From: an uncultured Planctomycetaceae bacterium
GTDB lineage: Bacteria; Planctomycetota; Planctomycetia; Planctomycetales; Planctomycetaceae
Direction: 5' to 3'
Assembly (NCBI GenBank): GCA_963815195.1
Contig: CAWFGE010000006.1
Span: 32,001 to 96,000 of the forward strand
Length of the DNA: 64,000 nucleotides
Both the position numbers and the translations under genes were made by a program. Every line of letters begins with the position of its first letter. Within the stretch, counting starts at the first letter, position 1. A model generated the notes under the pieces. It saw only the letters and a program-made list of their open reading frames with translations, was not told the origin of the DNA and did not search any database. Shown here in pieces: positions 1 to 10,879 of the stretch.

Positions 1-485
1 GCCGCTGGCGCTATTGAATGCGAACGGAAAATTGTTCGGCCCCATGACGACCACCGGCCCCAACGGGCCGAGCATGGAATGGATGTTCGCTTTGGTGTCG
101 AGCGTCGGGCGGGTCCAGGAACCCGTTCGCGCGGCGCCTGCCGCCTGCCGAAGCTGGTTCGTCGTCCGCGGCAGTTCGCCGTCTTTGAGCCGCGGCGAGA
201 TGGCAAGCGCGGTTTCCCGATGCACAGGTCGACGAGCGCGTCGGTCCGTTTTTCAATGGCCGAGGCAAACGCTTCCAGAAACGCCGCAAACCGTTCGCCC
301 GGCCAGTCCTTGACCTCGTGAAATGCCCGATGCGCCGCTTCGATGGCTGTTTCGATTTCGGGCCACGGGCTCACGGGATACGCTTCCGCAAAAGTCTCCT
401 CCGTGGCGGGATTCACGGGCTGAAACGTTTCCGTCCCCGCGGAATCTCTCCACTCGCCGTCGATCAAAACCGGTTGCTTGCTCAT
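1..485 (-). CDS. Aldehyde dehydrogenase (NADP+/ketoglutarate-semialdehyde dehydrogenase-like), N-terminal part; runs off the window; apparent frameshift near 222
   Basis: Not in the ORF track. Manual translation from ATG 485 gives MSKQPVLIDGEWRDSAGTETFQPVNPAT..., and after a 1-nt shift ...ETALAISPRLKDGELPRTTNQLRQAA...GPLGPVVVMGPNNFPFAFNS, a typical ALDH N-terminal half. Confidence 0.85.
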   Translation of the reverse strand, partial: MSKQPVLIDGEWRDSAGTETFQPVNPATEETFAEAYPVSPWPEIETAIEAAHRAFHEVKDWPGERFAAFLEAFASAIEKRTDALVDLCIGKPRLPSRRGSKTANCRGRRTSFGRRQAPRERVPGPARRSTPKRTSIPCSARWGRWSSWGRTIFRSHSIAPA

Positions 486-624
486 GGGGTTGTCTCCTCA
501 TATTCCCGCGCACGTTTGCGGTTGATGGTTTGATGTGTGGGTCATTCTAACGGCGCAGCCGCAGCATGCCAAACCTGGCCAATTGCGACAGAGACAAAGG
601 GTGTGTCGCCATTTAAGCCGACTC

Positions 625-669
625 AAAACGAAAAACCGGAAGCCGCCCCAGACTGAAGGCGGCTCCCGG
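625..669 (-). terminator. Rho-independent terminator-like hairpin
   Basis: Minus strand reads CCGGGAGCCGCC-loop-GGCGGCTTCCGG followed by TTTTTCGTTTTG, just downstream of the 699..2495 gene. Confidence 0.65.
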
Positions 670-698
670 CTCGGAGGATTATCCAACGACCGGCCGGA

Positions 699-2495
699 TC
701 ACCGGTAGACGTTGAACTGCACGTTGAGTTCGCCGTCAAACGTGCGGTTAAAGCCGCTCCGCAGCGGAGCGACATAACCCACGGCCAAGGTCCCGGCATT
801 CGCAACCTGAACCACTCCGCCCAGGGTGAGGTTCAAAATGTCGACGCGGTTGGCGAGGTTGCCGATGCGAGTTGGAGCTTCCTTTGTCGTGGCGTCGCCC
901 GTAAGAAACAGGCTGGGCTGCGGTTGGAAGGTTACAATATCCGCGTTTTCCAAAGTGCTGGTGTAGTGGAGTTCCATCAGGGACGCTAGGCCGGTCACTC
1001 TTCGGGCCGCGGGATTGCGATACAGCCAATAGCCCCCGCCGATGTCCATTTGCAGAAGGCTTTGCCCGTTGATCTTCGCCTTCTGGCGAAACGTCCCTTC
1101 AGAACCATTCGGTCCAAAGACCATGCCGTTCGAATTGGTCGCAGTCGCATTGGGAAAAATGTCACGGGCGACAATGTCCGTGCGGGTTTCGCGATAATAG
1201 ACATCCGCGGAGTTAAGCGGGACATCCACTTGCATAAATCCGTTGACGAACGTCCGGTTCGTGGGTGTGGCGACCATTGCCAGGAAGGGAGCGACATCCC
1301 AAATCTGGTTTTTGACGGTAATGTCCCTGCGGCGCATGTTGGTCGCAATCCCATTCGGATCGAAGTCAACGAGGTCGAAAACCGATCCCGGCGGTTCAAA
1401 TAGTTGAGGATCGTCGTAGCTATCCACGATGGAGACTTTGACATCGGGCGCCGTTGGGGCCGTGACTCCCATGCCGCCGGACATCAAAAACCGGCGATCT
1501 TGCGAGATATACAGCACCCGCTTGAGGATGAAGCTCAAATCTTGGATTTGAGTGGCTGTAGCCCCTAACACATCGGTCCCCGGCGTGACCAATGGCGCCG
1601 CTCCGACGGGAACATTCACGGGAATGCCGGCGAAGCTTGTCAAGCCAGGACCGGCCCCGGTGCCGGGGACGGGCTGGCTCGCGATGAAATTCTGCCGGGC
1701 ACTTAAAGTTGTGGCAAACGGGATGCGCAGTTCCAGGGACGCCATCTGATCCCAGAAGGTTTTTTCAAACCCGAACGTATAAAAGTGGGCATTATAGCTT
1801 TTGGTGGCTGGGATCACTTGTTGAACCGGAATCCGCGCATTCGGATTCGTGGCCTCAAAATCCGGAAAATTTCCGACAGTTCTGCCATTGGGATCCGGGG
1901 CCGTTTTGTAACCCTGGACGGCGGTGGCGTTGTTAAAGAAGTTGTAGCGGAACGTGAAGCGGTCCCGCGGGATCGCCGAGTTGTTCTCGGCGACTTTCGA
2001 GTTTCGCAAGGTGGTGGAACCCGCGGTTAAAATCGGAGCGAAATCGCCGCCGCCGTTGTATTGAAAATTCACCGAGCGGAAGCCGCGCAGGAGGTCGCCC
2101 ATCATGTTCGGGACGCGGCCGAACGCGGTGTCCGGCGTCCCGAGCCCCGCCTGGGGCGTGCTCAACGACGCCAACTCCGGCGTCTCGGGCATCTCGGGCG
2201 TGGTGACGGGCGGGACCTGGTCGGGAGTCGTCGTGCTTGGAGTTTCCGGTTTTTCCGGTTTGACCGGTTTTTCGGGTGTTGACGGTTCCACCCACGGCGG
2301 AGGCTGCGGGCAGGGAGTCGTGGGAACTTGGCCCACGTGAGCGTGACCCGTGCCGCAAGGCATCGCGGCACACGAAGGATTCGATGCACAAGCGGTTCCC
2401 GGCGAGGGTTGTTGAGCAAAACTTGAACTTGGGCCGGCAGCGATTTGCGCTGCCAAAGCAGCCGCCAGCCCGACCCGTTTCCAAAACGACGGCAT
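699..2495 (-). CDS. Secreted planctomycete-type protein, probable outer-membrane beta-barrel with a Pro-rich N-terminal linker
   Basis: GGAGG RBS before ATG 2495; signal peptide; KVAENNSAIPRDR motif; alternating beta-strand C-terminus (FDGELNVQFNVYR). Confidence 0.7.
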   Translation of the reverse strand: MPSFWKRVGLAAALAAQIAAGPSSSFAQQPSPGTACASNPSCAAMPCGTGHAHVGQVPTTPCPQPPPWVEPSTPEKPVKPEKPETPSTTTPDQVPPVTTPEMPETPELASLSTPQAGLGTPDTAFGRVPNMMGDLLRGFRSVNFQYNGGGDFAPILTAGSTTLRNSKVAENNSAIPRDRFTFRYNFFNNATAVQGYKTAPDPNGRTVGNFPDFEATNPNARIPVQQVIPATKSYNAHFYTFGFEKTFWDQMASLELRIPFATTLSARQNFIASQPVPGTGAGPGLTSFAGIPVNVPVGAAPLVTPGTDVLGATATQIQDLSFILKRVLYISQDRRFLMSGGMGVTAPTAPDVKVSIVDSYDDPQLFEPPGSVFDLVDFDPNGIATNMRRRDITVKNQIWDVAPFLAMVATPTNRTFVNGFMQVDVPLNSADVYYRETRTDIVARDIFPNATATNSNGMVFGPNGSEGTFRQKAKINGQSLLQMDIGGGYWLYRNPAARRVTGLASLMELHYTSTLENADIVTFQPQPSLFLTGDATTKEAPTRIGNLANRVDILNLTLGGVVQVANAGTLAVGYVAPLRSGFNRTFDGELNVQFNVYR

Positions 2496-2792
2496 TGGAT
2501 TCCTCCATGAATGTGCGATGCGTGTATTCAATTACCCCGCAGGAGAAATGCGTGCAGCGGGGAGATTCGGCTTAGCGGAAGTGATCGGCATAATCCGGCT
2601 ATCTCCGTCGATCGGAATGACAGCTACGGGGTATATCTGACGAACAACCGCTTTAGAGTTCCGCATCTTCCTGCCAGGCAATCCCTAACGATTGCACCGC
2701 CTGCGCATCGGAAGGGTGCTAGGAATAAAACCAACGCCAGAGGCGCGCGGTGCGGAGTAAGGCAAGAGAAGCGGGCCGAGCCTTCAAACGGC

Positions 2793-5075
2793 TCATTTCG
2801 GGTTGAGGCTGCCTTCCAAGATCCGATGCAGTTGCCGGACCCGCTCCAGATCCACATCGACCGGGCGTTTTTCCAGGAGCCATTTCGTGTCTTCGTAGGC
2901 CGCCGGGATGCGGTCCGTCTGGAAGCGGAGCACGGCCCGGAACCAGCGGTACTCCGTGTTCTCCGCATCGATCGCCGCCATCGTTTCCACGTACCGCAGC
3001 ATCGTTTCCGGATCGCCGGCATCGCGGGCGACATTCATCAGATTGCTCAGCATGCGAACCAAGATTTCCTTCGAAGTCTGGCTCCGCAAGACATCCGCAT
3101 CGAACGGCCGGCCGGTGTTTTGCTCCACCAACTGCACCGCTTCGTCGCGGGACATCTTCTCCCCGCGGTGAAACGGATCGATCAACTGCCCCGGCCCCTG
3201 TTTCGGTTCGTGCCGGACGATAAAATGCCCCGGCAGGCCCACGCCGACCACCTTCACGTCCAACCGCTTCGCGAGTTCCATGTAAAGCACCGACAGCAAA
3301 ATCGGCAAGCCTTCGCGGTCGTCCAGAACCTCGTTGAGATAGCTGTTGGACTTGCTGTAGTAGTTGGTCCGGCTGCCGTGAAAGCCCATTTGCTCGAACA
3401 GATACTTATCCAATGCGGCGAGCCTTTGTTCGTCGGTGGGTTCCTTCCGGCCGGCGAGGTTTTTGCGAATCTCCGCGATCATCTGCGCGGACTGTTGGAG
3501 ATACGCGGGCACGTCGACTTCTTCGTTGTCCAGCCAGGCGATGTAAAGGGCCGCCTTCAACAGGTCCACCTCTTCGCCGCCTTTTTGCATCAGTTGGACC
3601 AATTCCCGCCGCACGCGGGTTTCGTGAACCTGCCGGGCGAGTTGCCGAAGCCGCTTCGCCGTTTGCTCCAACCGCTGGGCTTCCTCTTCCAACACGGTCG
3701 TCGCCATCGCGGCATCGGGAAGCAGTTTTTCCGCCAGGTCGGCCGCAGGCGGCTGCTCGGGAGGAATGTTCGCAACGGCGTCCCGGATCCGCTTGACCGC
3801 CGCCTCCGACGGTCGGCTCGGCGGGATGGTTTCCGCCACCTGAAAGTTCTTGAACTCGGCCTCGGTTTCGCGGAACTTCGCCAGACCGACGAGTCCCGTC
3901 TCGTAGCGGTCGTCCTTGGATTCAATCGCCAGCTGATCGTTGATGAAGCATTGGATGCGGTCGGCTTCGACGCGGACTTTCAGCGTGTTCCATTCGCCGG
4001 GGCGGTAGTGCGGGCTCTTGACCTGCTCGAGCACCTGCCAGGAAAACACGTCCGGCCCGTCGAACCGGCTGAACCGCAGGCTGCCGTCGCTCGGATAAAA
4101 CCCGTAATGCCGATTTTTGCCGTCGGCGTGGATCACGAGACCCGCGGCCCCCTCTTCGGACTCCAAGCGAACCGCGACCGCCACCTCGAACGGCAGCTTG
4201 GGCGGCTTTTCCGTCTGGAGCGCCAACGAACGCCCGCCGAAGCCGTCGCCCCGGCCCTCGACGAGAATCCGCCCCGCCCGCTGCCTCCAGTTGGCTCCGA
4301 ACAGGGTTTGCCACTCGCCCGCGTTGAGCCGGCCGATGGTCAGCCAGCGGGAAATCGGGATCGGGTTGGGGCGTTCGACGAGCGGTTTGAGCGCGTTGCT
4401 TTCGACCGCGAAGCCCAGGTTCCGCGTGACGAGCGATTTCATCGTGAGGATCCCGTGCACGCGGCCGAAGCGGTCCAAAAGCGGCCCGCCGCTGTTGCCC
4501 TGCTCGATGGGGATCGCGAGTTGGATCATCGGTTTGCCGTCGATTTCCCGCCGGCCGGAGACCACGCCTTTGACCACGCTGAACTTGAGCCCCTGCGGAT
4601 TTCCGAAAGCGACGACATCCTCGCCTTGCTTGAGCGCCTGAGAATCGCCCAGGGGCAGCGGCGTCAAATCTTTCGAGGCGATTTTGAGAATGGCGAGATC
4701 CATCGCCTGATCGGTGGCGTGGATTTGCGTGACGGAATGCCGGGTGCCGTCGGCCGTCTGCACGAAGATCGGCCGGGCTTCGCCGATGACATGCAGGTTG
4801 GTGGCGATCAAGCCGTCGCGCGAAATCACAAACCCGCTGCCGAGGCCGAGGGTTTTATGATCCCGCCCGGTGAAGGAGACCACGACCACGGATTTCCGCA
4901 CGAGTTCGGTGAGGTTCTCCACGCTTAAGGGTTCGCCCGTTTCGCCGGTGGCTGCCGCGGACGGTTTTGCCCGCTCCGCCACCGCGGGCTCTGGGGCATC
5001 CGCGAAAACTCCGCCGGGCGAAATCGCACCCGCCGCGAGCAAACCCAGCCAACAATAAACCGCTTTTTGAAACAT
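2793..5075 (-). CDS. Trypsin-like serine protease + DUF1080-like lectin-fold domain + SirB1/transglutaminase-like + TPR-like C-terminus
   Basis: Signal peptide; triad motifs TNLHV, DLAIL, GNSGGP; SirB1-like NSYLNEVLDDREGLPI...GLPGHF...IDPF. The ORF-track extension to 5288 runs through a REP element. Confidence 0.8.
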   Translation of the reverse strand: MFQKAVYCWLGLLAAGAISPGGVFADAPEPAVAERAKPSAAATGETGEPLSVENLTELVRKSVVVVSFTGRDHKTLGLGSGFVISRDGLIATNLHVIGEARPIFVQTADGTRHSVTQIHATDQAMDLAILKIASKDLTPLPLGDSQALKQGEDVVAFGNPQGLKFSVVKGVVSGRREIDGKPMIQLAIPIEQGNSGGPLLDRFGRVHGILTMKSLVTRNLGFAVESNALKPLVERPNPIPISRWLTIGRLNAGEWQTLFGANWRQRAGRILVEGRGDGFGGRSLALQTEKPPKLPFEVAVAVRLESEEGAAGLVIHADGKNRHYGFYPSDGSLRFSRFDGPDVFSWQVLEQVKSPHYRPGEWNTLKVRVEADRIQCFINDQLAIESKDDRYETGLVGLAKFRETEAEFKNFQVAETIPPSRPSEAAVKRIRDAVANIPPEQPPAADLAEKLLPDAAMATTVLEEEAQRLEQTAKRLRQLARQVHETRVRRELVQLMQKGGEEVDLLKAALYIAWLDNEEVDVPAYLQQSAQMIAEIRKNLAGRKEPTDEQRLAALDKYLFEQMGFHGSRTNYYSKSNSYLNEVLDDREGLPILLSVLYMELAKRLDVKVVGVGLPGHFIVRHEPKQGPGQLIDPFHRGEKMSRDEAVQLVEQNTGRPFDADVLRSQTSKEILVRMLSNLMNVARDAGDPETMLRYVETMAAIDAENTEYRWFRAVLRFQTDRIPAAYEDTKWLLEKRPVDVDLERVRQLHRILEGSLNPK

Positions 5076-5187
5076 CAAGGCATCTCCCGAGGCGGAAGCG
5101 ATCACAACGAATGGCTTTTCTATCGTAACCGGAAGACCCGCGAAGAAAACAGAGCGAGGCTTCATCTGTCTTTTGGCGGCCCCGGCA

Positions 5188-5283
5188 TGTTTCACAGAAA
5201 CAGGTACGAATTTGGGTGGCACGCCCTGAGGAACGAAGGGCGTGGTCCGGGCGATCGCCGCGCCCTTCGCTGCGCTGTGCCAC
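5188..5283 (+). repeat. REP-like palindromic element, family A (copy 1)
   Basis: TGTTTCACAGAA...GGGTGGCACGCCCTGAGGAACGAAGGGCGTGG... recurs at 19968 and inverted at 45065. Confidence 0.85.
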
Positions 5284-5424
5284 TCCATCCGCGGGAGGAA
5301 AACAGAGCGCGGCTACGTCGGCCGGCCGCCGCGGCGGGATCGCCGTTGACCTCGGCAGTTGGCGGGGCGATAATTTGGGCGGAGAGGAATGATCTTGCGA
5401 TCCCCGTCACGGAGCTTTCTGTTT

Positions 5425-5802
5425 ATGTCGCGCCGGCTGTCAGCTTCCCGTTCCTCACGGCCACCCGCCGCGACGACGGACCAGACGTTTGAAGTCGTTT
5501 GCTCCTGCGGCGAAACGCTGGGCGGCCCGCGCCGGCCGGAGCCTCAAACACTTTCCTGCCCGCGGTGCAAAGCTCCGCTGTTTGTGCTGCCTCGGGATTG
5601 TTACGCCGGAACCGCTCCCGAGCGATCGCTTCGCAAACGAAATCCGGACGCTCGCTCCAAGGGAGGACTGATCGAAAAACTCAATCGGCTCGCGTTTTGG
5701 ACCCGCCTCCGCGAAGGCCGCCTGACCCTCGGGGGCCAACTGGCCAGGTCGGTCCAGCGTTTGGGAGAATGGGTGAAACGGCGATTTTCCGCGGGACAGT
5801 GA
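5425..5802 (+). CDS. Hypothetical protein with an N-terminal zinc ribbon
   Basis: CSCG...CPRC motif pair. Confidence 0.5.
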   Translation: MSRRLSASRSSRPPAATTDQTFEVVCSCGETLGGPRRPEPQTLSCPRCKAPLFVLPRDCYAGTAPERSLRKRNPDARSKGGLIEKLNRLAFWTRLREGRLTLGGQLARSVQRLGEWVKRRFSAGQ

Positions 5803-5953
5803 ATTTCTCGGGCGGAAGATTTCGATCTCGTTTTGGAACGAATTCTCGTCTATGATTTCCCGATGAGATTTTGGCGAACCGCGCAGTTTTCCGAAGAGAG
5901 AAAACCGCCGGAAAGCCTTCATTCATTCTATTGTCCGCACGAAAGGTGAGTGC

Positions 5954-7623
5954 GTGTCGCCTAACGATCATTCCGCCTACGCCAAAACGGTCGAGATGCC
6001 CTCGAACGTCGAGACGCCGGACAATCTCGATTCGGCGGCCCGCCGGCGGCACCCGCTGGTCGCCTTGGTCGAAGGCAGCCTGCCCCATTACAGCGGGGAA
6101 ATCAACGACCTGCTCCGCGACCGCCTGCGGACGGCTTCGCTGCTGCTGTTCGCGGGCTATTTGAGTTTCTTCATCAAGAACCTGTTTTCGCTGGAGCGGT
6201 TTCAAACGGGGCTGGACCGGGTGCTGTTCTGGGAGCACTTCGGCATCACGGTCGTGACGGGCATCGTCGGACTCCGGCTGTGCATGCGCTGCCGGCACAT
6301 GCTCGCCCATTTGCGGATCGTGGAAAGCATCGTCTTCGGCGGCTCGGCGGCGTTCTTCGCCTGCTTGAGTTACGCCATGCTCGAGAACTCCGCCCGCGAA
6401 GGTTATCTGCTCTCCATCGCCCCGATCTGGATGATTTTAATTTTCACTTACGCGATCTACATCCCCAACACGTGGCGGCGGGCGAGCCTCGTGATCGGCG
6501 GGATGGGACTGACGGCGATTCTCGTCCAGTTGGGGGCGTGGATCTTTTCCGGCGACGTCCGGAAACTGGTTCAGAAAAACGAAGATTTCCAGCGGATGAT
6601 GCTGGAGGACCCGATGGTGCTGGTGTTGTCCGGCGTCATTGCGGTCTGGGGCGTGCGGACGATCGGCCGCCTCCGCCGGCAAGCCTTCGAGGCTAAGCAA
6701 CTCGGACAATACCGCTTGAAGCAAAGGCTCGGCGCGGGCGGGATGGGGGAAGTGCATCTCGCCGAGCATGTGCTCCTCAAACGCCCCTGCGCCTCAAGCT
6801 GATCCATCCCGACAAAGCCGGCAACCCGAACACGCTCGCCCGGTTCGAGCGCGAGGTGCAGGCCACCGCCAAGCTCTCGCATTGGAACACGGTCGAGATT
6901 TTCGATTACGGCCGCACCGGCGACGGCACGTTTTACTACGTGATGGAATACCTGCCGGGGCTGAACCTCCAGCAGTTGGTGGAGATGTTCGGGCCGCTGC
7001 CGGCGGAGCGGGCGATCCATCTGTTGATGCAGACCTGCGACGCCTTGAGCGAAGCCCACGCGAAAGGACTGGTCCATCGGGACATCAAGCCAGGCAATAT
7101 ATTCGCGGCCAACCGGGGCGGCGTGTTCGACGTGGCGAAGCTTCTGGATTTCGGTTTGGTCAAGCCGATCGCAGATGTCAACGATTCCGCCGTCACCCAG
7201 GAAGGCATGATCGCCGGTTCGCCGCTGTTTCTCTCGCCCGAGCAAGCCACCGCCGATGCCGTGGACGCCCGGAGCGACATTTATTCGCTGGGGGCGACGG
7301 CGTATTATCTGCTCACCGGCCACGCGCCGTTCGAGGATGTGAAGCCCATCAAGATCCTCATGGCCCACGCCAGCCAAAAACCCGCCCCGCCTTCCTCGCT
7401 TCGGCCGGATGTTCCCGTGGATCTGGAGCGGGTCGTCATGCGCTGCCTCGCCAAGCTGCCGAGCGAGCGCTACGACTCGGCCAAAGCCCTGCGGACCGCT
7501 CTCTCCGAATGTGCGGCCGCCGGTTTGTGGACCCGCGAAAACGCCTCCAACTGGTGGCTGGACTTCGGCTGCCCCCAGAAAAAGCAACTCGACGCCGAGG
7601 TCCTGGCGGCCTGCGGCGTGTGA
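5954..7623 (+). CDS. Membrane-anchored Hanks-type Ser/Thr protein kinase (apparent frameshift near 6795)
   Basis: Multiple N-terminal TM segments, LGAGGMGEV, then after a 1-nt shift LKLIHP...HRDIKPGN, DFG, SPEQ, SDIYSLG. Confidence 0.92.
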
Positions 7624-7749
7624 AATTCCGGAATCGAATTGTCAAAAGCTGGCCCGTCCGCGGTACAATCGAAGCGTTGATTGCAGAGCGAGCTCTCTTG
7701 CGAAACTGAAACACACGCCGCAACGGTTCCAGCAGCAACGGGTCAAAAC

Positions 7750-8622
7750 GTGAACTTTTTTCTTTCATACCGCCGGGACGACAGTGCGGCCATCACGGGG
7801 CGAATTTACGACCGGCTGACGGCGAAGTTTGGAAGAGACGCCGTGTTCATGGATGTCGATGCGATTCCCCTGGGCATCGATTTTCGCGACCACATCCGCG
7901 AGGCGGTCTCCCAATGCGATGCCTTCCTGGCCGTGATCGACAACTTGTGGAATGGATCACCGGACACAAACGAACGGCGTTTGGACAATCCCAGCGACTT
8001 CGTTCGCGTGGAATTGGAAACCGCGATGGCCTTGGACATTCCGATCATTCCCATCCTGATCGGGCAAACTTCCATGCCTCGACCCAGCGAGTTGCCCGCC
8101 TCACTGGAAGCATTCGCCTATCGCAACGCGGGGCGAGTGGATGTTGGACGAGATTTTCACGCGCACATGGATCGGATCATTGACCACTTGGACAAAGGGA
8201 TCCGCATGAAACCCTCGGTCGAATCAACGTCACCTGCTCCGGACGTTCATGCATACACAACCCAGTTCACGGGCGCTCCTCCCGCTTTAATTCTCTTGGA
8301 AATGGAATCTTCGTCCTCTGAAGGAGGCCGATATTCGTTCGACGCCTCAAAGGATCGACGGATCATTATTGGCCGGCATCCAGAATGCGATTTGCCTCTG
8401 GACGAAAAGGGCGCGTCGAGAAAGCACGCAATGATTCTCTATGATCTGACGTACGGATGGATCCTCCAAGACTTGGCTTCCAGAGGCGGGGTTTACCTGA
8501 ACGGGAATCGGACGGAGAAAGCCGGACTGAATGTCGGCGACCGCATTCGCATCGGGGAGACGGAAATCAAGGTCGTTAACATCTGGGGAACTTTAGGCGC
8601 CGCTTGGAATCACGATCGATGA
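7750..8622 (+). CDS. TIR domain + C-terminal FHA domain protein
   Basis: FFLSYRRDDS...VFMDVDAIPLGIDF...DFVRVELETA (TIR_2-like with the conserved Glu); IIGRHPECD...ASRKHA...DLASRGGVYLNG...GDRIRIG (FHA). Confidence 0.88.
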   Translation: MNFFLSYRRDDSAAITGRIYDRLTAKFGRDAVFMDVDAIPLGIDFRDHIREAVSQCDAFLAVIDNLWNGSPDTNERRLDNPSDFVRVELETAMALDIPIIPILIGQTSMPRPSELPASLEAFAYRNAGRVDVGRDFHAHMDRIIDHLDKGIRMKPSVESTSPAPDVHAYTTQFTGAPPALILLEMESSSSEGGRYSFDASKDRRIIIGRHPECDLPLDEKGASRKHAMILYDLTYGWILQDLASRGGVYLNGNRTEKAGLNVGDRIRIGETEIKVVNIWGTLGAAWNHDR

Positions 8623-8755
8623 GTTGGATTACGGTGTCCGGCGCCTCCAAAGTCGCCCCGGCCGTTGAAGAGGTGTTGATGACCGGCCTCCGCAAACGGC
8701 TCAACGCAGCGCTGGAAGCCAGTCGCTGACGCGCGCCATCCGCCGCGGTCTTGGA

Positions 8756-10308
8756 TCAGTCGTTGACGATTTCGAGGAGTTTCTTAAATTGCTCGGCGGC
8801 TTCTTTCTCCATCTGCTTCTTGTTCTTCTGAGTTTGCTCGATCATCCAGCGGAGGTCCTCGGCCAGCCGGCGGTCGTATTCCAATATCCGGAGCTTTTCC
8901 ATCTCCGCCTTCAGTGCGAGCAGTTTTTTTGCGCGGGCGATTTGGGTTCCGCGTTCTTGATCAAGCATTCGATAAAAATCAAATTCACGTCCGGGGGCCG
9001 CTTCGTATCGATCCGCTCGAAGATCTGCTTTTGAAACTCTTGCGACGCGGCCTCCTTTTTGAGTGCCGAGGCGACCAGCTCCAGGATCAGCGGATCTTCA
9101 TCCGACATGAGCAACTCTTTTAGCCAAGGCTGCGAAACGTTCGGTTGGCGAAGCACATCTTGGAGGGCATGGCCCGCTTCGATGCAGAGCACAGGATCGT
9201 AATCGTGCAGCGATGTCCGCAGAACGTCCATGAGTTCCTCCGGGACGTTGCCGCGGCGGCCCAGACCGGCTATCACGGCCAATCGCAGCGTGGCATATTC
9301 GCGCTGGCGGAACAATTTTAGAAGCTCGGCGGAATATGGCCCGGGATAGCTCAGCCCGGCAACGCGGTCGGCCAACTGCTTGATGGAGAAATCTTTCGGA
9401 GCGGCCGACGCCAACGCCGCAACCTTCCGGGCGTCGGAGCCGGAATATTCCAAGCCTTCAATGGCGTTTTGCCGCTCCCGATCGCGGCTGCCGAAGGCCA
9501 CCGGGACGAACGCCTGCGCGATCGGTTTGGGAGGGAACTGTTCGCCGTAACGCTGAAACAGTTCCCGGGCATCATAGTCCCCCAATTCCATCAGGTGAAC
9601 GATCTTGTCAAATTGCCGGTGCTCGATCAGCGGATGCGCGAGATCCTTTCGCGGAGGCGGCGGCGGAACGAACGGGGGCGGATACGGTCTTGGAAAAACA
9701 AACCGTGCGCTCCCGTCCTCTCCGTCGCCAATTCGATCGATTCGCGCGTAGATCGGGGCTTCCGTTTGGCGGATGTGTTTTTTGAGTTCCTCTGCCGTCA
9801 ACACGTCGTTCTCGCCGGGCGGTCTGACGTTGAGCGACTTCCGCAAGAGCCAATCGTCCGGGTTCGCGAGGAGCACATCCACCGCCGACCCCTCCTCGGG
9901 CAAAATGGACGACAGCGTCACCGCGTGAATCCATTTCAGATCGGGATCGGTTTCGGCGGCGACGCCGTTTCGCAAATTGTGCGCTGCGACCACTCGCGTG
10001 ACGTAAGGCAGCCGGGCGAGTTGCTCGGACGCCTGCCGACGGACCGCCGGATTGGGATTCATCAACTCCCGATCCAACGCGATCGCGATCTCCACCTGCC
10101 GAGGCAAGATGCCGAGGTCTTGGATGTCTCTCCACGCCTTTGCGGCGACGGTTTTCTGCGGGGCCTTTTTGATGCGGTTCATCAGTTGCCGAATTTCCCG
10201 CTGCCGAGCGATCGCCTGCTGGGCCGGAGGTTCGTCCGCTTGGGCTGCGGACCGCGCCGCGCCCGGCAATGTGATCGTCAGCAAAATCAGAAAGGGAATG
10301 CGAAACAT
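8756..10308 (-). CDS. Secreted HEAT-repeat-like helical protein (apparent frameshift near 8930)
   Basis: Signal peptide; HEAT-like motifs (NPNPAVRRQASEQLARL; LHDYDPVLCIEAGHAL); ORF 8756..8968 appears to supply the C-terminus. Confidence 0.6.
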
Positions 10309-10549
10309 AGGAGCCTCCCTGTCGAATCGACGGCCGGGATCGGGCGCACGCAGAAATGCACGAGACGCCGGCGTTTGGGAATGGGTTCAGCATACGCCGG
10401 ATCGCGCCGATCCGCCAGAGGAATCGCGAATCGCATCCACAGGGAAATCGCACATAACCCGCAAAGCCTTTTGGCTTTCCCGGCGCGGTGCGGTATAATC
10501 TCATAGGAGGCGGGCGGTTCTGTTTGCGAAGTCTGTTGAGGTTGGCGAT

Positions 10550-10879
10550 ATGCAAAACGATTTGGGGGCGCTGCTCGTCTATGACGTGGGGGAGCAAATT
10601 CTGGTCGGGTTCAAGGATGTCGAAGTGGTCGACGACCACCAACTCGACACCTTCCGCGATGCGCTCGAGCAGCTGATTCACGAACACCACTGCAAAACGC
10701 TGGTCTTGGATCTCACCGGCGTGAAAATCATCTCCAGCGGCACCTTGGGGTTTTTGTTCTCGCTCGACCGACAGGGAATCAAGATCCGGATTTACAATCC
10801 CTCCGAAGGCGTGCGCGAAGTTCTGGAAATCACCAAGCTCGGGCAGATGTTCCAGGAAGTGGACACCCCGCACGGCTAA
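10550..10879 (+). CDS. STAS-domain anti-sigma factor antagonist
   Basis: LVLDLTGVKIISSGTLGFL...VREVLEITKL motif. Confidence 0.88.
   Translation: MQNDLGALLVYDVGEQILVGFKDVEVVDDHQLDTFRDALEQLIHEHHCKTLVLDLTGVKIISSGTLGFLFSLDRQGIKIRIYNPSEGVREVLEITKLGQMFQEVDTPHG

Noticed and set aside
2511..4928. 805-aa plus-strand ORF, and similar long ORFs such as 13837..15438(-), 41796..43346(-), 54074..55597(-) and 61559..62749(+)
   Set aside because: Antisense shadows of well-supported genes; expected in high-GC DNA and lacking motifs.
6790..6800. Programmed frameshifting or pseudogene status for the split genes
   Set aside because: No slippery-site pattern is shared, the breaks hit unrelated genes, and sequencing error is the simpler explanation.
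8625..8730. Short coding-like fragment after the TIR-FHA gene
   Set aside because: Too short and lacks a start; possibly a remnant but not supportable.
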